Below are positions 45,787-55,714 of a stretch of DNA of 64,000 nucleotides, piece after piece; the first letter of the stretch is position 1, and the number at the start of each line of letters is the position of its first letter. The translations under genes were made by a program, and so were the position numbers. Under the pieces are notes generated by a model. It did not search any database. It was given only the letters and a program-made list of their open reading frames with translations, and was not told the origin of the DNA. The DNA is from Planctomycetota bacterium (GTDB lineage: Bacteria; Planctomycetota; UBA8108; SXIK01): contig OZ244999.1 in the NCBI GenBank assembly GCA_965223265.1, positions 2,144,001-2,208,000 on the forward strand, given 5' to 3'.

Positions 45787-46823
45787 CGCGCCCAACCATG
45801 CACCAAGGAATGATCGTGAGCGCGACGACGTTCTCCGTCGAGCGTGTCGAACGACCTGAGCTTCAGGACGAAGAAGATCTTCTTTTGCGTACCGCCGCTA
45901 GTGGCATTTGTTCGGGTGATCTGATGGAGTGGTATCTCCAGAGAAAAGTAGGCACCGTCCTCGGGCACGAAGTTGTCGGGTATGCGCACGAGGTCGGCTC
46001 ATCAGTTCGGCACATATCTCCAGGCCAGCTCGTCTTCGTGCATCACCATGCGCCGTGCGGCGACTGCAGATTCTGCCATGCGGGAGATCATGTGCAGTGC
46101 GACGTTTGGCGGCAGAGCTATCTCGACCCCGGAGGCATGGCGGAGTACATTCGCGTGCCGGCGATCAACGTACGGCACGATACGTTTGTCATTGAGGATC
46201 TTTCGTCTGACGTCGGAGTGTTCATCGAGCCTCTTGCGTGTTCCGTCAAGGCGCTGCAGCGCGTCGCGGACCAACCACGAGATTTTGGCGTTGTCGTCGG
46301 TTGCGGAGTCATGGGGCTCCTGTCGCTTGGGTGCTCGCAAGCTCTTGGCGTCAAGGAGATGTGGGCAGTTGATTTCGACGAAAGACGATTGAGAGTCGCG
46401 AGGGAAATTGGTGCTTCGCAGGCGCTGAGACCTGACTCCGCGTTGGCCGCGAGCGCGTCGCGTCCAGCCGCGGAGCGCGCCGACTTCGTCGTCGTCGGTC
46501 CCGGATCATCCGAGGCGATCCGGCAGGCTCTCGAATACGTTCGACCTGGCGGCGTTGTCGTTCTCTTTACACCGACGCCCACTGGCATTGAGACCAGCCT
46601 TGACCTAGGCGATCTCTACTTCAAGGACATCGCGATCGTTCCCTCCTATTCATGCGGTCCACAGGACACGCGGATGGCCTACGAGCTCTTGCGGGAAGGA
46701 CGGATCGATGTGCGCCGTTTGATCACGCACCGATTTCGCCTCGCCGAGCTGCAACGAGCTTATGACACCGCGAAGCGAGGTGGCGAGGCGCTCAAGGTGT
46801 TGGTCGAGTTCGATGCGCCCTGA
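45783..46823 (+). CDS. Zn-dependent (MDR) alcohol/polyol dehydrogenase
   Basis: GICSGD, LGHE, CGDCRFC..C, IEPLAC, GCGVMG; ATGA overlap with the upstream gene. Confidence 0.88.
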   Translation: MTRPTMHQGMIVSATTFSVERVERPELQDEEDLLLRTAASGICSGDLMEWYLQRKVGTVLGHEVVGYAHEVGSSVRHISPGQLVFVHHHAPCGDCRFCHAGDHVQCDVWRQSYLDPGGMAEYIRVPAINVRHDTFVIEDLSSDVGVFIEPLACSVKALQRVADQPRDFGVVVGCGVMGLLSLGCSQALGVKEMWAVDFDERRLRVAREIGASQALRPDSALAASASRPAAERADFVVVGPGSSEAIRQALEYVRPGGVVVLFTPTPTGIETSLDLGDLYFKDIAIVPSYSCGPQDTRMAYELLREGRIDVRRLITHRFRLAELQRAYDTAKRGGEALKVLVEFDAP

Positions 46824-46866
46824 CGAGGCGGAACCGCATGCAAACTTGAGGGTTCTTTCCGACGAC

Positions 46867-48255
46867 TCATGGCGCGTTTGACGTCGACTTCGGTGCGATG
46901 CGCAGCCAGAGATCCCGCGTCGGCTGCAGCGTTGTCAGCGGCCGTGGTCGAAGCGGGCGATCGTCGAGGGGCTCGAACGCGAAGTCCCGGCAGAGGACCG
47001 CGCTGGCGGTCTGCAGAATGAGAAGGGCCAGGTGGTTCCCGATGCAGAGACGTGGGCCGCCGCCGAATGGCAGGTAGGCGAATCGTGGTGTCGTTTCACG
47101 CTCGCCGGGAGAGAATCGATCCGGCCGGTACTCGGTCGGCTTCTGCCAGTGGGCGGGCAGTCGGTGGGTGACGTAGGGGCTGATCAAAAGCGTCGCTGCT
47201 GCGGGAATTTCATATCCCGACAGCTCATCTGCTTCGCGGGCGGTGCGAACCATGATCCATCCCGGTGGGTAGAGACGTAGCGCCTCGTGCACAACCTGAA
47301 GGGTGTAGGGTAGTTCAGCATGGGCGAGTCCCTGCTGTGTCGTTGCCGATTCGCTCTCCGCGGCAACCCTGGCACGAACATCCGGATGGCGGCTCAGCAG
47401 ATATGCGTTCCAGGTGAGAGCCGCCGCTGTGGTTTCGTGAGCCGCGAAGAGAAGAGTGACGACTTCGTCACGCGCCTGACGGTCGGCCTCTGGGCTCGCT
47501 GCTTTGTCTGATCTCTCTGAGTTCGCCGAAGCGACGAGCCGCGAAAGTACGTCATCTCTCTCCGCGCCAGTTTCTTTGCGGCGAGCAATCATTGCGTACA
47601 CGATGCGATTGATCACCTGAATCGCACGCCGGAACCGAATAGCTCCCGGCGTCGGGATCGTCGACGGTACCGCGAGCGGCATCCAGGCACGGACGTAGAT
47701 ATGCCGCTGCGCCACTTTCAGCGCCGACTGCAGGGCAGAGGCCTCTTCACCCAACGCACTGCCGAAGAGTACGTCCAGCAGCAACTCTTGCGTGAGCCTG
47801 TTCATGAGCGCTGAGATATTCGTCGGGGCTTCTTTCGTGCCGATGGCGTAGCGGCACGACCTGAGTACGTCGTTAGCGAGATTGCTCGTGTGGCGGCGTA
47901 CGCTCTGAGTCGTGAAAAGCGGCTGCAACAAGCGTCGCTGCTGGTGCCACAGCTCTCCTTCACTTGTCGCTAAACCGTTGCCGAGAAGTGGGCGGGTAAC
48001 GCTGAGGCCGCGACCTTTCCAGTAGTTCTGTGCATTGTCCTGAAGTACGTGCTGAATCGCGTCGGGAGACGAGACGAGATAGATGTCATGACGCATGAAT
48101 CGCATGCGAGCGACCGGGCCGTAGTCTTGTGCCACTCGTTCCAAGTATTCGAGCGGCCGCCGAAACATCTCAGGGAGAATGCCGACAAACGGATAGCCTC
48201 GAGGACCCGGAGGCGAGGGATTTGAGTGGGTGTTCCTCGTAGTGACTGAAGGCAT
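46867..48255 (-). CDS. Cytochrome P450
   Basis: PPGPRG N-terminus, AAHETT (I-helix), EALR (ExxR), PDRF, FGGGPRLCIG heme motif. Confidence 0.95.
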   Translation of the reverse strand: MPSVTTRNTHSNPSPPGPRGYPFVGILPEMFRRPLEYLERVAQDYGPVARMRFMRHDIYLVSSPDAIQHVLQDNAQNYWKGRGLSVTRPLLGNGLATSEGELWHQQRRLLQPLFTTQSVRRHTSNLANDVLRSCRYAIGTKEAPTNISALMNRLTQELLLDVLFGSALGEEASALQSALKVAQRHIYVRAWMPLAVPSTIPTPGAIRFRRAIQVINRIVYAMIARRKETGAERDDVLSRLVASANSERSDKAASPEADRQARDEVVTLLFAAHETTAAALTWNAYLLSRHPDVRARVAAESESATTQQGLAHAELPYTLQVVHEALRLYPPGWIMVRTAREADELSGYEIPAAATLLISPYVTHRLPAHWQKPTEYRPDRFSPGERETTPRFAYLPFGGGPRLCIGNHLALLILQTASAVLCRDFAFEPLDDRPLRPRPLTTLQPTRDLWLRIAPKSTSNAP

Positions 48256-48260
48256 CGGTT

Positions 48261-49628
48261 TCAACGCTGGGATAGCAGAAATCCCGTTCGTAGCGCGAGC
48301 GCGACGAGAGCGACGCCGATGACCCACGCGATCAACTTGAGGAACGTCGCCGTACCGCGGGAGAGGGAGGACTTCTGTGGCGGCTCCGGTGGTGCGTCGA
48401 TCGTCGTGCCGGCCAGGCTCGACCTTTGGTGATTCTGGGCGTCTGCTTTCGATGGGACTCGTACGGTCTTCGGCGGCGTGACCGTTTCGCCATGACCCGC
48501 GGGCAGTGTCGTGGCGGTCGTTTGATCGCTTTCGCTTCCCGCGTTCAGGGGCGGCCTGTGCTTGTGGTCCTCATTCGGACCGATCAGCGACAACTCCTGA
48601 TAACCCAAGTTGAGCGGGTCGCTCGTCGGGTTGGGACCGGAGCGTGGGCCACGGGCCGCGCCGCGAACCGACTCAAGCACATCGGGGTCCGCGGGATCGA
48701 AGCCTAGCACCGATTCTGCCAGCTCTTCCTCTTTTTTACCCCACGTCAGCGGGATGCTGGGACCGCTGAGCCATTCCGGTGCCGTCGTACAGCTGCAGCT
48801 CTTGCCGAGCATTTCGAACCAGTTGTAGAGGGTTTCTGCCCGAATTGCGGCGCCGCGCAGCACGGAGGCGCGCTGCTCTCCGCGGCCGACGAGCATGATC
48901 GCCCGCGGCCCTGAACTCGCGGTCTCTCGTAGGCGCAAGCTCCACAGCAAGACGCGTTCAGCCGGATCGTCGTGCGCCACCTCAAGAACGCGAGGCGGTG
49001 AGCTGATGATGAGGCCAAGCTCGGTGTGATGGCCGCGGATGCGCTCGACGGCGCGGTGAATCGCCTGACGTGCGGTCGCATTCGCGCTGTCGTCGGCGCC
49101 GCAAATGAGCAAGACCACACACCAGTTTCGCAGCAAGGATTCGCGGATCGTACGGCGAACCGGTGAGGTAACGACACGCTCGGCGAGTGCGAAGAGAACC
49201 TGCCGGTCGGCGAGGGGCTTGTTGCTGAGATTGAGTGCGCGTCCCGAACGATCCAACAGGACCGCGGTCGGCTCTCGCTGCGACTTGGCGTCCAAGTCAC
49301 TGTCCTCCGGGCTCGACGCGTGAGCGAAAAGTGGTTCGCTGGGTGCGCGTGAGCGGACCGAGACGTTGGTTTCGGCGAGCCACGCCGCCTGCATCGCCGC
49401 CAGGTGGCTGTCGAAAACGTCGGCAGCGGCGGCGTTCTCCTCGCCGCTACTGCGGACATAAAGAGTAAACGCTGCGTCCGAATTCTCGCGCGTCAGGAAG
49501 GCCGCGTCGCGGATCGAATAGGGGCAGGCATGAGCAGTGAAAGAGGCGAAGATCCCGGCCAGAAGGAAGGCCGCAGGGACGTGGAGCGACTGCCCCGAGA
49601 TGCGCGACGCCCGCGGTGCCGCGGTCAT
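48261..49628 (-). CDS. Exported, C-terminally anchored protein of unknown function with Cys motifs
   Basis: Signal peptide ending AHA-CPYS, internal SCSC, C-terminal TM; overlaps the permease stop. Confidence 0.65.
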   Translation of the reverse strand: MTAAPRASRISGQSLHVPAAFLLAGIFASFTAHACPYSIRDAAFLTRENSDAAFTLYVRSSGEENAAAADVFDSHLAAMQAAWLAETNVSVRSRAPSEPLFAHASSPEDSDLDAKSQREPTAVLLDRSGRALNLSNKPLADRQVLFALAERVVTSPVRRTIRESLLRNWCVVLLICGADDSANATARQAIHRAVERIRGHHTELGLIISSPPRVLEVAHDDPAERVLLWSLRLRETASSGPRAIMLVGRGEQRASVLRGAAIRAETLYNWFEMLGKSCSCTTAPEWLSGPSIPLTWGKKEEELAESVLGFDPADPDVLESVRGAARGPRSGPNPTSDPLNLGYQELSLIGPNEDHKHRPPLNAGSESDQTTATTLPAGHGETVTPPKTVRVPSKADAQNHQRSSLAGTTIDAPPEPPQKSSLSRGTATFLKLIAWVIGVALVALALRTGFLLSQR

Positions 49629-50896
49629 TGAAGTTCCCTGAGGATGTCCGCGGGGTCCTGAACCACTGCGGTCAGCGTCGGCAGGTAACTGGCCATAGCG
49701 CTAATGAGCGGTGCACCGAGAAGCGCACAGGCTATAACTTCTCCAGTCAAGTTGAGCTCTTCGGCTGACAGCTCTAGTCGACTGACACCGAGATGCTGCG
49801 CCAACCAAAAACCGACCGGCAGCCCAATCGCGGCGCCCAAGAATCCCTGAGCGATTGCCTTGCCGAGAAAGATTCCTCCGATCTTGAACGAGCCGATTCC
49901 GAGGGCGCGGAAGATGCCGATTTCGCCACGGCGCTCCCGCACGTTGGACCAGGCAAGAAATCCGATCCAAGCGGCGCACACCAGTATGACGAGCGGGATC
50001 GCGACGGTGGCGGCTTGCTCGAGGCGTGATTGATCACGGTCACGGTTGGCTTCCATCGCTTCGAGAGCGCGGGTCTTTTGCTCGGCGACGAGGTCGCGCT
50101 GCTCCGCGCGCGCCAGCGCGATCGAGCGGAATTCTGTGATTTTCGTATCTGGAAGAACGGCTTCCAGTTCCTTCCGCACTTTTGGAAGTCGTTCGCCCTG
50201 GCACCGACAGCCCAGTGCGAGGATCTGATTGATCTTTCCCTTTTTGTCGAGGAGTCGCTGCGCATCCGAAAGATGCATCGCGAGCGTGATGTCCTGTTTG
50301 CTGCCCATCTCGCGAATCAACCGCGCGACCCGAAACGTTTCCCCGAGGATCTCGATCTCGTCGTCCGCTTTATGATCTCCGTGAAGCTCGTAACCCAAGT
50401 AGACCGTTCCAGGCTCTATGTCGTATCCCATCGGGGTTTTCTTGGCGCGGTGCGCTTGTGGAGTCTCCTTCAGGTGGCCGACAAGGAGCACCCGTCTCTT
50501 GTTCCACTTGATCTTTTTCTGCAGCGTTGCGACCAGGTGAGTGACGAGCGTGATGCTGCGGGCGCCCGCAAGACGGTCGACGTATTCCTGGGGCATGTCG
50601 ACGGTGCTGAAATCGTCGTTCCAAAAATCCGCCATATTGGTATCGCGGTGAACGACGAGAAGATTGAATCCCATATCGCGCATGGTCTTTCGCGTTTCGT
50701 CATCGAGTCGCGCGAGCTCAGCGTTCGCCGCCTTTTTCTCTGCGTCAACGAGTCTCGCCGTCTCTGCCTGGTAGCCGTCGATCAGTGTCGGACCGGCGAT
50801 AAAGAACGCAGCGGCGATGGCGATCGCGGCGACGCCGAGAATGAAATTGAGACGGCGGAAGCAGATCTCCTCGAAGATCATCTTCAAAAGACCCAT
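49625..50896 (-). CDS. ABC transporter permease, FtsX/MacB-like
   Basis: N-terminal TM, large periplasmic loop, NVRERRGEIGIFRALG, three C-terminal TMs, DPADILRE. Confidence 0.85.
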   Translation of the reverse strand: MGLLKMIFEEICFRRLNFILGVAAIAIAAAFFIAGPTLIDGYQAETARLVDAEKKAANAELARLDDETRKTMRDMGFNLLVVHRDTNMADFWNDDFSTVDMPQEYVDRLAGARSITLVTHLVATLQKKIKWNKRRVLLVGHLKETPQAHRAKKTPMGYDIEPGTVYLGYELHGDHKADDEIEILGETFRVARLIREMGSKQDITLAMHLSDAQRLLDKKGKINQILALGCRCQGERLPKVRKELEAVLPDTKITEFRSIALARAEQRDLVAEQKTRALEAMEANRDRDQSRLEQAATVAIPLVILVCAAWIGFLAWSNVRERRGEIGIFRALGIGSFKIGGIFLGKAIAQGFLGAAIGLPVGFWLAQHLGVSRLELSAEELNLTGEVIACALLGAPLISAMASYLPTLTAVVQDPADILRELQ

Positions 50897-51073
50897 GGTG
50901 AAACTCCGATTCAGAATGCCGGCGGGAATCGTCTACGGCAGCACGACAATGTTCTCACGAGCGCGCCCTGCCGCTGATTCTACCGGATCGCAGCGGGGGG
51001 TCAAACAGACGGGGAGCTCGGTGGGCGGCCGCTCGGGAGTGAGTGGGCGTGGTCGATCGGCTGTGGACGTACG

Positions 51074-52195
51074 TCAGCTGATTTCGAACGCTAGAATGTC
51101 CTTGTTGTGGACGAAGAAAACGTGAGACTCTCCAGCGACGGTGGGGCCGAATCCGACGGAATCTCCGTCCTGAAAGAGCAGTTCAAGCTCGCTGTCGTCA
51201 TCGGCGCGGTAGTAAAACACGTCGTGTTGATGCGATGTCGCCTTGACCCGCAGTAGATAGTCGAATGCTTGAAACGCGGGCTGCGGAATGAAGCTTGTGT
51301 AGTCGATGCGGCTTTCAGCCGGGTCGATTCTATTGAGGAAAGTGCTGAAGTAGAGTGCGCCATCAGGTCCCACGACCGGAGGATGGCAGGCGCGCCCGTG
51401 TGCTGTGCGTGCGTCGAGCTGTTCGCCAAACTCGTCGTACGTCCGTAGCTCCCAATCATCCCACGTCGGCGATTCGTTGGTGCCGACGAGAAGAGCGATA
51501 CGCTGGCCGGAGATCTCGGTGCCGGGGCCACCATGAGAAAGGCGCCAACGCACGTTTCCCTCGAGATCGCTCAGCGCCGACTCGAATCGACCATAGCCCG
51601 TGAGAGTGTAGAAAATGGCGTCGCCGCCCACAGGGAAGAGGCTCGTCAGCGGGCCGAGTTCGCTTTGCCACAGCAGTGAGCCAGCGTGGCTAAAGACGAG
51701 CAGACGACCGACGCCGCTATTGTAGTCGACGGCGCCAACTACGATGCCCTCATCGCGCTCGTAGACGCCCAGGACGACGACGGCACGTACGCTTTCGCCT
51801 AAGGCTTCCCTCAAGCGGTATTTCCAGATCACCTTGCCGTCAATATCCATGGAATAGAGGCGCGTCAACGTTGCAATCAGAGTCCCCGTGCGCAGTGGCA
51901 CTGGCGCGTGGGAGATTTCATGGCGGGTCTTCTGCGTCATCAGAACACGCCCGTCGGCAGTGATGCGGTGGGCCGCATGCAGCGTTGTCGCCAGGAGCTC
52001 GCCGTCGTCGTTCCACGCGACGCCAAGGGCTCGTTCTCCCAAGTCGACTTGCCACAGGACTTTGCCGTCTATGGCCACTGCCTGAACGCCATACGTGGTG
52101 TTCACAGCGACGCCGCGGTTCTCGGGCAAGGCCACGTAGTTCCCGGCGCCGATGTAGTCAGATCGAAGATGAACGTACTTCCGAGACGAGCTCAT
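51074..52195 (-). CDS. PQQ-like beta-propeller repeat protein
   Basis: Repeated DGKVLWQ, DGKVIWKY, GSLLWQ, EGNVRWR, PVVGPDGALY blades; no signal peptide. Confidence 0.7.
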   Translation of the reverse strand: MSSSRKYVHLRSDYIGAGNYVALPENRGVAVNTTYGVQAVAIDGKVLWQVDLGERALGVAWNDDGELLATTLHAAHRITADGRVLMTQKTRHEISHAPVPLRTGTLIATLTRLYSMDIDGKVIWKYRLREALGESVRAVVVLGVYERDEGIVVGAVDYNSGVGRLLVFSHAGSLLWQSELGPLTSLFPVGGDAIFYTLTGYGRFESALSDLEGNVRWRLSHGGPGTEISGQRIALLVGTNESPTWDDWELRTYDEFGEQLDARTAHGRACHPPVVGPDGALYFSTFLNRIDPAESRIDYTSFIPQPAFQAFDYLLRVKATSHQHDVFYYRADDDSELELLFQDGDSVGFGPTVAGESHVFFVHNKDILAFEIS

Positions 52196-52451
52196 AGCAT
52201 TCCTCGAGTTTGGCTACTTCGCGCCGGCCTGGCCGGACGATTTCGCCGAGATTGCACCACGTTGGAGACTTTTCCTATCTGTCAGATTGGCGGAGGACGT
52301 AGGAACTCGTCGCTTCCGCGACCCTCGTTCAACGCAGCCGCGTAGCGGCGTGTTTCATCACCACGTTTAGTTTCGCCGCTACCGGCCTGAGCTTTAGAGT
52401 CAAAGAGCTCTATCATTCCCGACGCCGTTCACTGCAGTCAAGGGCGTGCTT

Positions 52452-52480
52452 TTGCAACCCCTCTGACTTCCTGCTAAACT
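52452..52480 (+). promoter_or_regulatory. Putative sigma70 promoter of purB
   Basis: TTGCAA-N17-TAAACT with extended -10 TG. Confidence 0.45.
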
Positions 52481-52622
52481 ACGTCGCCTCGGAAGACATC
52501 GGAGTGTCTTTGGCTGGCCTAACGATCGGCGAAGGAAGCCACTATAGCGGCGATTCGGGCCGTGCGGCACCTACGGTCAGTGGGCGAAACGATGATTCGG
52601 CGCTGCAGAATGACCATGTGAT

Positions 52623-54056
52623 ATGGGCCGAGACCAATACGAAAGCCCGCTGGTTTCCCGATACGCCTCCCGCGAAATGACTTGGAACTTCTCCGATGAG
52701 AAGAAGTTCCAAACTTGGCGACGCCTATGGGTGAGCCTAGCGCGGGCTGAGCAAAAGCTCGGATTGGAAATCTCGGATGAACAGATCGCCGAGATGGAAG
52801 CCCACGTCGAACAGATCGACTACGAGGCGGCGGAGCGCGAGGAAGCGAAAACGCGTCACGACGTGATGGCCCACGTTCGGACATTCGCGGCCTGTGCGCC
52901 GCAGGCCGCACCGATCATTCACCTCGGCGCCACCAGCTGCTTTGTCGGCGACAACACCGACTTGATCTGTATTCGGGATGGCCTTGATCTGCTGCTTCCG
53001 AAGTTGGCGCGCGTGATCGACCGACTGGCGGGCTTCGCGCGGGAGTACCGCGCCCTCGCCACGCTCGGGTTCACGCACTATCAGCCAGCGCAGTTGACCA
53101 CCGTCGGGAAACGAGCCTGCCTTTGGCTTCAGGATCTACTCTTGGATCTAAAGCACCTCGAGTCGCTCCGTCAGGAGTTGCGCTTCCGCGGCGTCAAAGG
53201 CACGACCGGTACGCAGGCGAGCTTCCTAGCTCTTTTCGACGGCGACCATGAGAAGGTTGAACAGCTGGATCAGCTCGTGACAGCGGCGTGGGGATTTGAT
53301 CGAGCCTACCTGGTGACCGGGCAGACCTACAGCCGCAAGGTAGACTGTGATCTCGTCGGTGCCCTGGGCAGCCTCGGCGCTTCGGCCCACAAGTTGTCGA
53401 CCGATGTCCGGCTGCTCGCGAACCTCAAGGAGATCGAGGAGCCCTTCGCGCGCGGTCAAGTGGGGTCCAGTGCGATGGCGTACAAGCGGAACCCCATGCG
53501 CTCCGAGCGTTGCTGCAGTCTGGCACGGCACCTGATGTCGCTGGTCGCGAACGCTCAGCAGACCGCGGCAGTGCAGTGGTTTGAGCGCACTTTGGACGAC
53601 AGCGCCAATCGACGATTGACCCTCGCGGAGAGTTTCCTTGGCGCCGACGCCGTGCTCATCTTGCTGCAGAATATCTGCGAAGGCCTCGTGGTCTACCCGC
53701 GTGTGATCGAGCGCCGCATCGCGGCTGAATTGCCGTTCATGGCCACGGAAAACGTGATCATGGCGATGGTGAAGTGCGGCGGTGATCGACAGGAATGCCA
53801 CGAGCGCATTCGCACGCTCTCCCAGGAGGCCGCCGCGCAGGTGAAAGAGCATGGACTTGAAAACGATCTTTTGGATCGCATCCGTGCCAGTGATTACTTC
53901 GCCCCGATCCATGCCGAGCTCGATGCGATCCTCGATCCGAATGCCTTCATCGGTCGCGCACCTCAGCAGGTTGATCGATTCCTCACCGAGGAGGTCGCGC
54001 CCGCGCTGGAGCGCTATCGAGACCAGCTTGGGGGGGAAAGTAACCTCCGCATCTGA
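52623..54056 (+). CDS. purB: Adenylosuccinate lyase
   Basis: [55 protein letters not shown]. Confidence 0.96.
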   Translation: MGRDQYESPLVSRYASREMTWNFSDEKKFQTWRRLWVSLARAEQKLGLEISDEQIAEMEAHVEQIDYEAAEREEAKTRHDVMAHVRTFAACAPQAAPIIHLGATSCFVGDNTDLICIRDGLDLLLPKLARVIDRLAGFAREYRALATLGFTHYQPAQLTTVGKRACLWLQDLLLDLKHLESLRQELRFRGVKGTTGTQASFLALFDGDHEKVEQLDQLVTAAWGFDRAYLVTGQTYSRKVDCDLVGALGSLGASAHKLSTDVRLLANLKEIEEPFARGQVGSSAMAYKRNPMRSERCCSLARHLMSLVANAQQTAAVQWFERTLDDSANRRLTLAESFLGADAVLILLQNICEGLVVYPRVIERRIAAELPFMATENVIMAMVKCGGDRQECHERIRTLSQEAAAQVKEHGLENDLLDRIRASDYFAPIHAELDAILDPNAFIGRAPQQVDRFLTEEVAPALERYRDQLGGESNLRI

Positions 54057-54113
54057 GCCGTGTCTCTCCGGTCGAAGGTCGACCGCATCTAGCCGCTGGT
54101 CGAGCGCACGGCG

Positions 54114-54902
54114 CTAGGAAGAGGCTGAAGAGTAGGCTTTGAGCCCTCGGCGCCACAGCCACAACATGAGGGTGAACGCCGCCGCGACGACTCCGACGTT
54201 GTGACCAACCCGCTGTAGGGTGACGCCTTCGAACAGGATGCGTGTGGGGAACGAAGCGATGAGACAGAATGGTAGAAACGTCACGAGAACCCGATGGAGC
54301 CAACCACTGAAGATCTGATCAGGTCGTTCGCTGAACTTGATCATTCCAAAGAGGAGCTGTCGCAAGCCGTACTCCGAGTGAATCCAGAAGACCGGGATCA
54401 TGAAGATGACGTAAATGCACCAGTGAAGGGCACAGCCGAGAACGAGGAGCGAAATGTAGACGGCGATTCCGGTCGCCGGCAAATCGCCCGGGTATCTGGC
54501 CAGAGCCCACCAAAGGATGCCGCAAGCCATGATGAGGTTGAGAAATGAGTTGGCCGCGAATTCGCGAAAACTCAGGAAGAACAAGCTGGAGACGGGACGA
54601 ACGAGATAGTAGTCGAGGTCGCCGCGGTTGATGAGAATCGGCAGCATCCACATGTTGTTTGCAAACACCGTCATGTGGAGCGCGTCGACGAAGAAGAATC
54701 CAGAGATGAACACCAGCGACTCGTCGAGTCCCCAGCCGGCTATGCTGCCGGTGTGAAGATAGAGGACAGAGAAGAATGTCAGGTTCACGGCATAGAACGC
54801 GAGGTCCATGACGACGCGAAAGAAGAAATCGACACGGAACTCCATCGCGCGGCTGAACGAAAACCGTAGGAAACAAGCGTAGAGTCGCAAGTAGCGAATC
54901 AT
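54114..54902 (-). CDS. ABC-2 type permease (DUF990/ABC-2_6-like)
   Basis: EFRVDFF, GDLDYYLVRPV, six TMs, RRGLKAYSSASS C-terminus. Confidence 0.88.
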   Translation of the reverse strand: MIRYLRLYACFLRFSFSRAMEFRVDFFFRVVMDLAFYAVNLTFFSVLYLHTGSIAGWGLDESLVFISGFFFVDALHMTVFANNMWMLPILINRGDLDYYLVRPVSSLFFLSFREFAANSFLNLIMACGILWWALARYPGDLPATGIAVYISLLVLGCALHWCIYVIFMIPVFWIHSEYGLRQLLFGMIKFSERPDQIFSGWLHRVLVTFLPFCLIASFPTRILFEGVTLQRVGHNVGVVAAAFTLMLWLWRRGLKAYSSASS

Positions 54903-55714
54903 CAGATGCCAACGCCGGAGTACGTGAGCTCACCACGCCGCCAAAGAGCTCGACCGAAGAGAATCAGCACGCCACACCAGCACAGCGCGATCAAGATCCC
55001 CTGGGCCCATTCCTGCGGCGAAATTTTGCCGAGCAGCGTGTTGACTGGGTATGAGAAAAGATATGGAAACGGCAGCCACGACAGGAGCGTGTGACTCCAA
55101 GTCGGAAAGAGACTGAGCGGCAGAAAAAGCCCGCCCAGAAGTGAGCCGACGAAGCGCATGAGGACACTTAGGCTCCAGACGTTGTCAGCCCAGAACGCGA
55201 CGGTTTGCACGGGGTAGGTGAGAAGAAACGCCAGTAGATTGGCTACCGCGACCGACACCGCGCAGCGAACGACTGCCCAAGTCGTGACCGTGATCTCGGA
55301 CGGAAAGTCGAGGGTCAGAGCAAAGAGAGTTCCAAACACCGTGATTTGAACGAGTCCTGGAAAGTGTGCACCCAGGTGCTGGGCGTATTTGAACAGCGCG
55401 TAGGACGTGGGGTAGACCAGGTAGCGAGATAGTTCGCCTTGATAGATGTCGTTCGCTAGCGTCAGGGCTAGGTCTGGGCCTTGGATGACCCGCCCGAGAA
55501 GCGCCGCCAGAATGTAGTAGAGCACCATTCCAGATAGCGTATAGCCGCCGATCTCCTCGTTTGGCGACGCATCGAAAATCGCCCGCCAAAGAAAATAAGG
55601 GATGACGATTCCAGCGATTAACCCGACGACGGCGTTGAGCCAAAAATCGACCCGATAACTCATCATTCGGCGCGCTTCCGTCGTGAATACGTGGAGAAAG
55701 AGCCTGATCCTCAT
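54902..55714 (-). CDS. ABC-2 type permease (DUF990/ABC-2_6-like)
   Basis: YRVDFW, DIYQGELSRYLVYP, GGLFLPLSLFP, WRRGELTYSGVG. Confidence 0.88.
   Translation of the reverse strand: MRIRLFLHVFTTEARRMMSYRVDFWLNAVVGLIAGIVIPYFLWRAIFDASPNEEIGGYTLSGMVLYYILAALLGRVIQGPDLALTLANDIYQGELSRYLVYPTSYALFKYAQHLGAHFPGLVQITVFGTLFALTLDFPSEITVTTWAVVRCAVSVAVANLLAFLLTYPVQTVAFWADNVWSLSVLMRFVGSLLGGLFLPLSLFPTWSHTLLSWLPFPYLFSYPVNTLLGKISPQEWAQGILIALCWCGVLILFGRALWRRGELTYSGVGI

Noticed and set aside
52487-52622. Purine or ZTP riboswitch in the purB leader
   Set aside because: Only one small hairpin (AAGACA/TGTCTT); consensus motifs not recognisable
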